Shown piece after piece: positions 1 to 7,862 of a stretch of DNA of 11,197 nucleotides. Made by a program: the position numbers and the translations under genes. Below the pieces are notes generated by a model. It saw nothing but the letters and a program-made list of their open reading frames with translations. It ran no database searches and had not been told where the DNA came from. Origin of the DNA: Candidatus Hodarchaeum mangrovi (GTDB taxonomy: Archaea > Asgardarchaeota > Heimdallarchaeia > Hodarchaeales > Hodarchaeaceae); NCBI GenBank assembly GCA_016839515.1, contig JAEOUE010000042.1, forward strand, positions 1-11,197, read 5' to 3'. Each line of letters begins with the position of its first letter. The stretch's first letter is position 1.

Positions 1-1841
1 CGTTTTGCTTTTTCAAGATTGAATGCAACTTTATCACTATCAGGGAGAAAAATATATGCACCATCGCTCTCGATTTCCATTGGTATTATAAATTCCAGAG
101 TATCAGCTAAGATTCCACCTTCACTTCTTGTTCTTTTAGTTTCTACTTCAAGGGTTGAGCTTTTTTGTCTTAATTTGAGTTGTCGAATTGATTCATGAAT
201 AATCTTCGCTCCAAATTGCATAGAAAGAATTCCATCTTCAAAAACACCTATCCCGCTAAGATTTTGTTCATATGCTAGAATATAAAGGATTTCATCAACA
301 GTTGCATCCGCCGATACTAGAGAGCTTCCAATCATCTCTTTATGTCCCATTCTGCTTTGTAACTGAAAACTAATTTTAGCATTAAGACCATCTTCTATTA
401 AATCAACTTTAAATCCCATTCCTTGAGTATTGGGTAAAGCTATAAATCCATCACTACTCTCAACTTCTATAGGTATTTCCATATGTGCAACTTCGGCAGG
501 TTTTGTAATGATTTCTTTGATTTTCCTTGGTTCTACTTCTTGTATAAGATACTTTGTGTTAATTTCCCTTATGCTAAGATTTGGTTTTTCAACTGCTAAT
601 ACGAGACATTTAACAATATTTTCCTCCCTTAATTCACCTTTAAGGTAGGTTGAAAATAATTCGAGAAGCTTATTGGTGTCAAAAGTTTTGGTTTTTTCTT
701 CTCCCTGTGATTTTCTAATAAAAGGCAAATATTTTAAGAATATATCAAGAACTAATGGAACAGGCATTCCTGAAGTAACAGCCATCTCAAATAATTGATC
801 CCACTCGTTTTCGATCAGCTCAGCTGCATTTTCTGCCTCAATTTGATAAAAATTTATAAGATGAGTTAGTTTTGTTGGATCAACCTGTGCGAATTGATTT
901 AAAACAGTAGTATCCTCATCTACAGGTTCAGAAATGTCTAAATTTTGTTCTATTTCTAATTCTCTGATATGAGGGATTTCTGTATGTGCTAAAACTGTCT
1001 CTGAAATAGACTCCTCTGAAGCAGCCTTCCCTAGAAAAACTTTGTTTTCATTGGGAGCACCATTCTCCGTTTTTAATGCATGTTTCATGATAAATTGAAG
1101 TTTCTGTAAGACTTCTGGATCACCAGCCATTTTTTGAGTAATAGGTGCTATTGGAACTTTTCTTACAATCTCTTCCTTTGGTTCGATTAAGGTCATAGGA
1201 GTTGTATGATATTCCTCAATTTCTCCTATTTCTCTTCCTTCAACGAAATCACTCTTTGTAAGCTCAGGAATGGTTAATTCAAAAATACGACCGAAAGAAT
1301 CTATCACACTTTCAGGTCGAAAAATAGTTGTTCTAAAAAATCTTAAGGGAGAATCTTTGTACTCAAGCTGAAATTGTTCCTTTAATTGTTCATGAATAGA
1401 TTCATAATTTGGTCTATTTCTGATTAAATCATTTTTATGTAGAAAGACAAAAACATTTGTTTCAGGTGAAAATGTTTTTAATTTCTCAATACATGATGTA
1501 AAATATTGAATTGCATTATTACGAGAGGTTTTATTAGCTACATCAATTAAAAATATGAATATTTTGACATTACTAAAGACAAAAGGACTAAATCCTGTTA
1601 AAAACCTTTTTAAGAATATTTTTTGACCCCCCAAGTCTACAATCGTAACTGGCGAGTCATTAACCGTAAGAGAGAGTCTTTCATAGTTAATTGTGGCACT
1701 AAGCTTGTTTACATCCTCAGTTTGTTGTTTTAGAAAGAATATACGTTTAACTGCGGTCTTTCCAGCCTCACTCAATCCTGCAATTAAAATTTTATAGCCA
1801 AGATGCTGAGAAATCTCAGTTTCTGATACCCAACGAGACAT
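1..1841 (-). CDS. Multidomain Rag/Gtr-like small GTPase: G domain, acidic linker, helical domain, repeated C-terminal alpha/beta module; 3' end runs off the window (>613 aa)
   Basis: Absent from the ORF track. Manual translation from ATG 1841 gives 613 stop-free codons to the edge (MSRWVSETEISQHLGYKILIAGLSEAGKTAVKRIFF...). Motifs: G1 GLSEAGKT (aa22-29), G2 ATINY, G3 DLGGQ (aa69-73), G4 HKND (aa135-138), G5 RTTIF. His-led G4 and the DxGGQ context are Rag/Gtr-like. Colinear with the 9919..11197 ORF. Confidence 0.92.
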   Translation of the reverse strand, partial: MSRWVSETEISQHLGYKILIAGLSEAGKTAVKRIFFLKQQTEDVNKLSATINYERLSLTVNDSPVTIVDLGGQKIFLKRFLTGFSPFVFSNVKIFIFLIDVANKTSRNNAIQYFTSCIEKLKTFSPETNVFVFLHKNDLIRNRPNYESIHEQLKEQFQLEYKDSPLRFFRTTIFRPESVIDSFGRIFELTIPELTKSDFVEGREIGEIEEYHTTPMTLIEPKEEIVRKVPIAPITQKMAGDPEVLQKLQFIMKHALKTENGAPNENKVFLGKAASEESISETVLAHTEIPHIRELEIEQNLDISEPVDEDTTVLNQFAQVDPTKLTHLINFYQIEAENAAELIENEWDQLFEMAVTSGMPVPLVLDIFLKYLPFIRKSQGEEKTKTFDTNKLLELFSTYLKGELREENIVKCLVLAVEKPNLSIREINTKYLIQEVEPRKIKEIITKPAEVAHMEIPIEVESSDGFIALPNTQGMGFKVDLIEDGLNAKISFQLQSRMGHKEMIGSSLVSADATVDEILYILAYEQNLSGIGVFEDGILSMQFGAKIIHESIRQLKLRQKSSTLEVETKRTRSEGGILADTLEFIIPMEIESDGAYIFLPDSDKVAFNLEKAK

Positions 1842-1864
1842 TTTCGGTCGATTCCCTGATAATC

Positions 1865-1889
1865 AATTATAAACCATAGGTTTTTAATT
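1865..1889 (-). promoter_or_regulatory. Candidate TATA box (TTTATAA on minus, 1873..1867) inside an imperfect palindrome; duplicated at 1945..1969
   Basis: AATTATAAACC-ATA-GGTTTTTAATT has arms matching 10/11. TTTATAA ends 25 nt upstream of ATG 1841, spacing compatible with a near-leaderless archaeal transcript. Confidence 0.5.
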
Positions 1890-1897
1890 TATGTATT

Positions 1898-1921
1898 TTA
1901 TCCAGATACCCAATGAGACAT
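1898..1921 (-). other. 7-codon mini-ORF MSHWVSG* created by the duplicated gene start
   Basis: Minus strand ATG TCT CAT TGG GTA TCT GGA TAA versus the true start ATG TCT CGT TGG GTA TCA GAA. Translation is not demonstrated. Confidence 0.4.
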
Positions 1922-2053
1922 TTTCGGTCTATTCTATGATAATCAATTATAAACCATAGGTTTTTAATTTATGTATTATAACAAGTTTTAATAAATTAAT
2001 CTAAATATATTATAGGGAACTCATACTCCAAGAAATAGTAATTTTAATTAAAC

Positions 2054-2060
2054 TTTATAA
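2054..2060 (+). promoter_or_regulatory. Candidate archaeal TATA box for the Rag-roadblock gene
   Basis: TTTATAA about 45-55 nt upstream of the candidate starts. The AT-rich background makes this weak. Confidence 0.3.
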
Positions 2061-2104
2061 GATACAATATATGGATAAGTAATTTTTCATCTAGAAGGAA
2101 GAAT

Positions 2105-3010
2105 GTGATTACTATGGAACTTTCTAATCAACCCAACAAAGTATTATTTATGGGTCTTGGAGCGTCCGGGAAATCAAGTATACGGTCAATTGTATTTGAA
2201 GGAAAGTCGGTAAATGATGTGAAAGATTATCATGCGACAATTAACTATACACGTTCTACGAAAAATATTATAGATGCTCCATTCCAGATCTTTGATTGCG
2301 GTGGTCAAGAATCTTTTATCTCTGTATTTGTTGGGGAACAAGCTGAATTTATTTTTAGCGATGTAGCTGTTTTGATTTGGGTAATTGATGTCTCAAATTT
2401 CGATGCAGTCTCTACTTCAAAATTTTATTTTGATCTTGCTTTAAAAAAATTAGCTGCTTATTCTGAACGAGCATCTGTGTTTTGTTTACTTCATAAAATG
2501 GATTTATTACTCCCTGATATGAAAAATCAAGTTATAGAGACTGTAAAAGTCTATTTTGCACCAATTTCTGGTTTAAAGGTTCAATATCGACCAACATCGA
2601 TCTATGACCAATCTATTTATAGCGTGGTTGGTGAAATCATCCAAACACTAATACTTCAAAGTTCAAAAGCACAGACTGTATCAGAGGCTATTGAAGAATT
2701 TCTCAAATCAAATGTTGAAATGTCAGGAATAGCAGTGTATACAGATGAAGGTCTTCCTGTTTTTGAAGGAGGAGAGACAGACAGAATAATTCTTCCAGCA
2801 AATCTTTGGTTAGCCTCTTATGATAGATTGTCTAGCGAGTACCAACAGGAGGAGATTAAAACAGTTCTTGAAACAAACAATTATATTTTTGTCTTCCATG
2901 TCATTAAATCACAGCTCCTCCTTTCTGGAATAGCAAAAAAGGTTGCTCCATTACAATATGTTTTGGTTAAAATGGAGCAATTAGGTGAAATATTAAATCA
3001 ACTTTTATAA
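2105..3010 (+). CDS. Gtr1/RagA-like small GTPase with C-terminal roadblock/LC7 domain
   Basis: KVLFMGLGASGKSSIRSIVF (G1), ATINY (G2), FDCGGQESF (G3), FCLLHKMDL (G4) and PTSIYDQSIY (G5) parallel yeast Gtr1 as recalled (LLMGRSGSGKSSMRSIIF, WDCGGQ, LLHKMDL, PTSIWDESLY). aa~190-301 follows the roadblock pattern (helix, GIAVYTDEGLPV, helix, three strands, helix). ATG 2114 is an equally plausible start. Confidence 0.93.
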   Translation: MITMELSNQPNKVLFMGLGASGKSSIRSIVFEGKSVNDVKDYHATINYTRSTKNIIDAPFQIFDCGGQESFISVFVGEQAEFIFSDVAVLIWVIDVSNFDAVSTSKFYFDLALKKLAAYSERASVFCLLHKMDLLLPDMKNQVIETVKVYFAPISGLKVQYRPTSIYDQSIYSVVGEIIQTLILQSSKAQTVSEAIEEFLKSNVEMSGIAVYTDEGLPVFEGGETDRIILPANLWLASYDRLSSEYQQEEIKTVLETNNYIFVFHVIKSQLLLSGIAKKVAPLQYVLVKMEQLGEILNQLL

Positions 3011-3039
3011 AATACCATGTTTTGACGAATAAACTACCT

Positions 3040-4377
3040 TTATGAGGATTTTGATTCACTTTCTTCTTCAGTCATATATTTCCCAAAAAGATTCTGAATA
3101 TCATCCATTGCAATTTGTAATTCTTCTTGGGGGATACCTTTTGATCTTTCAAACCATCCTCTTTTAATCGGAGATTTAGAATCATCATGATAGCTTATTA
3201 AGTCTGTTGCATCATTAAATACATCACGTAATTCAGGAATGCGTGGAAGGCCAAAAAGTAATAATAATGATGATTTTTCTCTTAGTGGATCATCATAAGC
3301 TACAAATGAAGGCTGAATAGAACCACCTTTAACTAAATACGGCGTTAGAATTTTCTTCAAATAAGCTGAATATTCAATTTTTGAGATATCTTTATTTCCA
3401 GTTATTATAGAATAAACTGAACCAGCATTAGGTTTAGTGTCTATATCAGTCAAAGAACAATGATTTACGGTGTATCTAGCAGCCAATGCCATCTGTTTAT
3501 CAATTCTTCCGTATTCAGGGATGAAATACATGTCTTCAAAGAAACATGGTACAACAACAGGATCCAGTCTTCGCGAATAATCAGCTAAATCAGTTGTTGG
3601 GAGGACTTTTTTTCCAGGTTCTTGAATACTAGGGGACAGAATCGCTTCTATCGTACGTAAAGCAAGTGGATTAACCAATTCAGTGAATTCAACATTAGTT
3701 TCAGATTTTAATTTATCATAATTAATGGCAAGATTTGAAGAATCTATTCCTACTGATTGATCTAATAGACCACTAGCACTCCCCTCTCTCCATTCAATAA
3801 CTCTTTTTAACATTGTTTTATTGGATAACAGAAAGATGAGATTGGGGCCTTTTTTTGGTTCAAGTTGGTTTCGTAATAATGTGGATAGAGACCAAATTGA
3901 ATTAATTGCTTCTGATGATTGGTTTTCAAAAGGCAAAACACCAAAAACATAAATAAAAATACGTCTTTCATCAGAAAATTGATTGTGAAGTAGTTCAACA
4001 AGGGCAGGTGTTCCACCACAGCCTGTTCCCCCTCCAAGACTTGTTAGTATTATGAAACCAGAAACTCCTTCATAACCCAGATTCTGTAACTGATTTAGTA
4101 TTAAATCACGATTTTTCATCACTAAATCATAACCTTCCCGAAATTTTCCTCCTACTCCTATTTCCTCATCAGAATACATTAATGTATTTCTTACTGGAAG
4201 TGAATATTGAGTTCGGGTTTTCATTAGGTCTGTTTTGTCTGTATTCATAATTAAATATTCTCGTATTCTTGTTGATCCTTGTCTTTTTTCTTGTTGAACA
4301 TAAGATCCTACAAGGTTGGAACCACATTCTCCTATTCCTATAACAAATACATCAGCTTCTCTACTAATATCTGACAT
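3040..4377 (-). CDS. Tubulin/FtsZ-superfamily GTPase, divergent tubulin-like protein
   Basis: T1 GIGECGSN, T2 NTD, T3 GVGGKFREG, T4 signature SLGGGTGCG (aa113-121), VLPF, T7 TDLADY, and a C-terminal WF..G....E...A..D...L...Y segment resembling tubulin H11'-H12, followed by a short acidic tail. Confidence 0.93.
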   Translation of the reverse strand: MSDISREADVFVIGIGECGSNLVGSYVQQEKRQGSTRIREYLIMNTDKTDLMKTRTQYSLPVRNTLMYSDEEIGVGGKFREGYDLVMKNRDLILNQLQNLGYEGVSGFIILTSLGGGTGCGGTPALVELLHNQFSDERRIFIYVFGVLPFENQSSEAINSIWSLSTLLRNQLEPKKGPNLIFLLSNKTMLKRVIEWREGSASGLLDQSVGIDSSNLAINYDKLKSETNVEFTELVNPLALRTIEAILSPSIQEPGKKVLPTTDLADYSRRLDPVVVPCFFEDMYFIPEYGRIDKQMALAARYTVNHCSLTDIDTKPNAGSVYSIITGNKDISKIEYSAYLKKILTPYLVKGGSIQPSFVAYDDPLREKSSLLLLFGLPRIPELRDVFNDATDLISYHDDSKSPIKRGWFERSKGIPQEELQIAMDDIQNLFGKYMTEEESESKSS

Positions 4378-4384
4378 TTAATTT

Positions 4385-4389
4385 ACCTC
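4385..4389 (-). promoter_or_regulatory. Shine-Dalgarno-like GAGGT for the tubulin-like gene
   Basis: Minus strand reads TAA-GAGGT-AAATTAA-ATG: directly after the upstream stop, 7-nt spacer, 12-bp intergenic gap. Confidence 0.6.
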
Positions 4390-7300
4390 TTACCTATTCA
4401 TTACATAATAATCTAATGCAAATGACAAATATTGAACCATTGGTTGGTGGGAGTATGTCTCTTCAATTTCTCTTTTCGCATTTGCGATATAAGCTACTTT
4501 TACTTCATGGATTGGGGTTGGTTTATAATCACTAATAAAAAGAAATAATAATCGATGCCATTTTGAAATTTCAGGTAGGCTTTCTTGTAACCATTGGGTT
4601 TTTAATTTCGAAATTGTTGCAAGCAAATTATATACCTCATTTAGATTGCTTTCTGTACTTAGTTTTACTCTTGCATCAACTAGCTCTTTCAATGGAAAGA
4701 TTTCTTTCGAACATTCATTTAATTTATAATCAAACACAGCCTGAATACTTTTATAATATGGAAAAATAGGATTATTTAAAAGATCATTTAGATATTGATC
4801 ATAATTCTTTATTTCTAGTTCTCTAATTGCTTCAAGGAATAACTTAGATGCTCTCATCACTTCTATTGTAGAATTAGCTATAAGATCAAAGGACCAAAAT
4901 TGTATAGCATTTCGAGCTTGTTTAATTCTTACCACGTGTGGCAATAATGTGTTTTGTGTATTTTTCCACCCTAAAGCTTGTATAAAATCGAGTATTCTTC
5001 CAGCTGTAGTATTTGCAGTATCGATAATTTCAAATAAAGCTTTTTGTAAATCCTGGTTCTTCAAAATTTTGTCTAATTCGACAAAAGACTGTGTAAGCAT
5101 TTCAATAGACATCATATCTGTGGAATCCGCCTGAATCAATTGAGTAAATACTTCAATTTGTTCTCCAACTAGATTTTGTATATTAGTTATTCCTAGTGAT
5201 TGGAGTTCGCTAATTCTTCTAAGAAGATTCTTACTTGCGATACTGAGAAGTTCCATTAACTTAGCTAATAATATATATTCATAATCATGTATCGTTTCTA
5301 CAATTAAACGATTAATTGTTTCTAATGTCTGGCCTTTAGGAGTTATAGTACTCTCAAGAAAGGTGTGAACCTTATGAACTTCAGGTGAAACATCTCCCAT
5401 AACTTCTATAATCCTAGGAAGACTAACGGTGACTTTATTATAAAACAATGCTTTAAGTTTCTCTAATCCTTCTAGAGCTTTATTAGTAGCATTATTTATG
5501 TAGAATTCAAATTTATTGATAATTTGTTCAATGTCTTTTGTTTGGGATAATTCTGCAATTCCTTGCTCAAGAATAATGAATAATTGATTAAACATCCCTA
5601 AATAATGGCCAGGAAGTGACTTATATTGTTTTAGCCAACCTGATAAAATATCACGACATTTCAACTGAACTAATTCACTACGTTTTGTATTATAGGTATT
5701 TAGACGGAACCATAGCTCTAAGAGCTCTGAATAATCTAAAGCTTCTAAATCTGTCGGTATTTCAAACATTGGGGGAGAACCTACCTCTTGTTTAAAATAT
5801 GTTAGAGCTAATCTACTCGTTTTTTCTACCAACTCAGTCTGTTTCATGCATTCCTCAATCATTGTGTTTTTTGATGAATTCATTATTCTTGAGAACTCAA
5901 AATAGGCTTTAATCATCGCTATTGAGTTTCTAGATGCACTTACTCCAGTTAATTTAGTTATTAAATCATTCTTTTCTTTTCGTAAATCAACTGGAACTTC
6001 TCCTGGTATCATTGGAAAGTTTAAGCCTTCAATCTTATTCTTGAGGTATGAGAGCATTTTTTGTTTCCAATTTTCGATTTCATCAATTTTAATCAGTAGA
6101 TCTGATAACTCTAATTCACTAGCATCTTCCACAAAAGGAGGGCGAGGAACCCCTGGGTCTGATTCAAGCAGTTCCAGTATTGTTACATCCTTAATGTAAT
6201 CTTTAATATATGCAGCAGTTAATGTAACAAATTGTTTATATAAACGGTCATATGACCTTCTATAGAGTAGAAGAGTCTGAATATTAGTCTCGGAAGCCAT
6301 TTTGTCATAAAGTGAATTAAGTTCACCTTGAAAATTAGGTGGAAAACTATCAAGACCTTTTTTCTCTAACCTGCTTGCTATGGTTAATGTATCATTAATT
6401 GCATGTCGGGCTTCTTGAAGAACATTTATTAGCTTATTTTTCCAAACATTAACTGATCTTAAATAATTCAATAATTCTAAAGGACTATCAGTATCAAAAT
6501 TTACAACAGGTGGTTTCAATGAAATCAATGCTTTGGAATCTGAATCTGTAGCGTCAAAACTTAAATTATTACGAATACTTTCACGGATTCTTTCTAAAAA
6601 TTGTCCATAATAAACATGAAATCCTTTTATCTTTTCAAATACATCTAAAATATTTTCTGAAGCTTCTTGAACCCGAATCGCATGTTCTTTTGCATTCGAA
6701 ATCAGTGTGTTTGGTATTACTACCCCTTCCTGAAAGAGTCCTTCATTTACTTGGTATAATTCATCCGTTGATGCCATCCTTTTAATTCCAATAATTACAT
6801 TCGATTCCCAAGTATGAATTTGTTCTGAGAGATTAGTTAAATCTGAGATTGAAGCATTTACCATTGAAACTTCTGGTGGTGAAGGAATTAAAGTATCAGA
6901 AAGTGTTGGAAAAAGTCCTCTTACCTGTGTAATGATATTATTAACTGTAGTTCGTGTTCGTGTTATTTCAGATTTGAGAATGGTACCAAATTTAACAATA
7001 AATGTAGAAAGTGATCTATGCAATTGATTAAGCTCATAGATGGTTTTTACTTCCTCAATTCCTTTGGTTAATTCTTTAATACCTTGATATTCACTAATAT
7101 CAGAAATCAAATTCTTTTTTTCTGCTTCTTGGACTGAATAATACAGTTCATGAGCCTGTTGAAGCAATTTGTCTTGAACAATGTTTCTTGAAGAATCTAA
7201 GTACTGATCTATTGATTCTCCTTCCTTTTTAAGATCAAAATAAGTGTTTATTAATCCTTTTGGGTCATAAGTGGATAAAATTTCTTCATTTAAATTCCGA

Positions 7301-7821
7301 GTTTTTTTCAAAGATTCTGAATCTAGTTTTACTAAATCAGAATACAACATTGTTTTCGATTTATTTTCTTCCAAAATATTCAAGCATAATTCCTTTACTT
7401 GAGTCTTAGAATTTTCTAATATCCTTTCAAAATTATTTAAAAATATATTAATGGCATTGAGGTCTGCTGTTAAAGGTAAATTAATCGCTCGGATTGAGTT
7501 TGAAGCTTGAGGTGCTACAGTTGCAAGGCTATCTGCTTGTTTGTCAAGTTCAGGTTTTAAAAAATCTATAATTGATTTAAATATACATTCCAAGCATTTT
7601 TCTTCAGCTCGTTGAATATCTAATTGTAATTGTTCAACTTGTTTTTTTAATCCTCTTTTTGCCAACATTCCTGCTGATTCTAGCTCTTTCTCGGTTTGAG
7701 AGTATTGTTGTACTAATTTAGAAAAGGAACTAAGTTCTTTCGAACAAACAGGAGAACTAAAATATTTATTTAATCTGGTAAGTAACTTAGATATTTCTTC
7801 TAACATTGAATAAACATCCAC
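4390..7821 (-). CDS. Large (1143 aa) alpha-helical repeat / coiled-coil protein of unknown function
   Basis: Long open frame rich in L/I/E/K with amphipathic helical patterning and a ~123-aa periodic PP...W motif. No Walker motifs or TM segments seen. Start is GTG 7821 or ATG 7806; an in-frame TGA lies just upstream. Confidence 0.88.
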   Translation of the reverse strand: MDVYSMLEEISKLLTRLNKYFSSPVCSKELSSFSKLVQQYSQTEKELESAGMLAKRGLKKQVEQLQLDIQRAEEKCLECIFKSIIDFLKPELDKQADSLATVAPQASNSIRAINLPLTADLNAINIFLNNFERILENSKTQVKELCLNILEENKSKTMLYSDLVKLDSESLKKTRNLNEEILSTYDPKGLINTYFDLKKEGESIDQYLDSSRNIVQDKLLQQAHELYYSVQEAEKKNLISDISEYQGIKELTKGIEEVKTIYELNQLHRSLSTFIVKFGTILKSEITRTRTTVNNIITQVRGLFPTLSDTLIPSPPEVSMVNASISDLTNLSEQIHTWESNVIIGIKRMASTDELYQVNEGLFQEGVVIPNTLISNAKEHAIRVQEASENILDVFEKIKGFHVYYGQFLERIRESIRNNLSFDATDSDSKALISLKPPVVNFDTDSPLELLNYLRSVNVWKNKLINVLQEARHAINDTLTIASRLEKKGLDSFPPNFQGELNSLYDKMASETNIQTLLLYRRSYDRLYKQFVTLTAAYIKDYIKDVTILELLESDPGVPRPPFVEDASELELSDLLIKIDEIENWKQKMLSYLKNKIEGLNFPMIPGEVPVDLRKEKNDLITKLTGVSASRNSIAMIKAYFEFSRIMNSSKNTMIEECMKQTELVEKTSRLALTYFKQEVGSPPMFEIPTDLEALDYSELLELWFRLNTYNTKRSELVQLKCRDILSGWLKQYKSLPGHYLGMFNQLFIILEQGIAELSQTKDIEQIINKFEFYINNATNKALEGLEKLKALFYNKVTVSLPRIIEVMGDVSPEVHKVHTFLESTITPKGQTLETINRLIVETIHDYEYILLAKLMELLSIASKNLLRRISELQSLGITNIQNLVGEQIEVFTQLIQADSTDMMSIEMLTQSFVELDKILKNQDLQKALFEIIDTANTTAGRILDFIQALGWKNTQNTLLPHVVRIKQARNAIQFWSFDLIANSTIEVMRASKLFLEAIRELEIKNYDQYLNDLLNNPIFPYYKSIQAVFDYKLNECSKEIFPLKELVDARVKLSTESNLNEVYNLLATISKLKTQWLQESLPEISKWHRLLFLFISDYKPTPIHEVKVAYIANAKREIEETYSHQPMVQYLSFALDYYVMNR

Positions 7822-7862
7822 TTTGAAATCAATCGAAGTAATACTTTTTCTAGCTGCTCAAA

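Larger units (their letters stand above)
1821..1980. repeat. 80-bp direct tandem duplication (1821-1900 / 1901-1980) covering the start codon and promoter of the leftmost GTPase gene
   Basis: Base-by-base comparison gives 73/80 identical; 1857-1897 and 1937-1977 are identical over 41 bp. Confidence 0.95.

Noticed and set aside
430-648. 72-aa plus-strand ORF with hydrophobic character
   Set aside because: Antisense shadow of the long minus-strand GTPase gene, which is supported by motifs and a paralogue.
1821-1980. Repeat considered as a CRISPR array or IS end
   Set aside because: Only two contiguous 80-bp copies with no unique spacer, and no cas or transposase gene in the window.
3807-4037. 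76-aa minus-strand alternative-frame ORF
   Set aside because: Nested out of frame in the tubulin-like CDS across its signature motif, with no recognisable features.
3040-4377. Calling the gene ftsZ or cetZ
   Set aside because: Lacks the FtsZ GGGG T1, GAG T3 and NxD T7 motifs and has a tubulin-like C-terminus; subfamily cannot be fixed without phylogeny.
4563-5134. Two short plus-strand ORFs (4563..4769, 4949..5134)
   Set aside because: Antisense to the 1143-aa CDS; short, non-ATG starts and no motifs.
4390-7821. SMC/Rad50 or dynamin-like assignment for the 1143-aa protein
   Set aside because: No Walker A/B, signature, hinge, zinc-hook or GTPase motifs seen; the periodic Pro motifs fit a helical repeat better.
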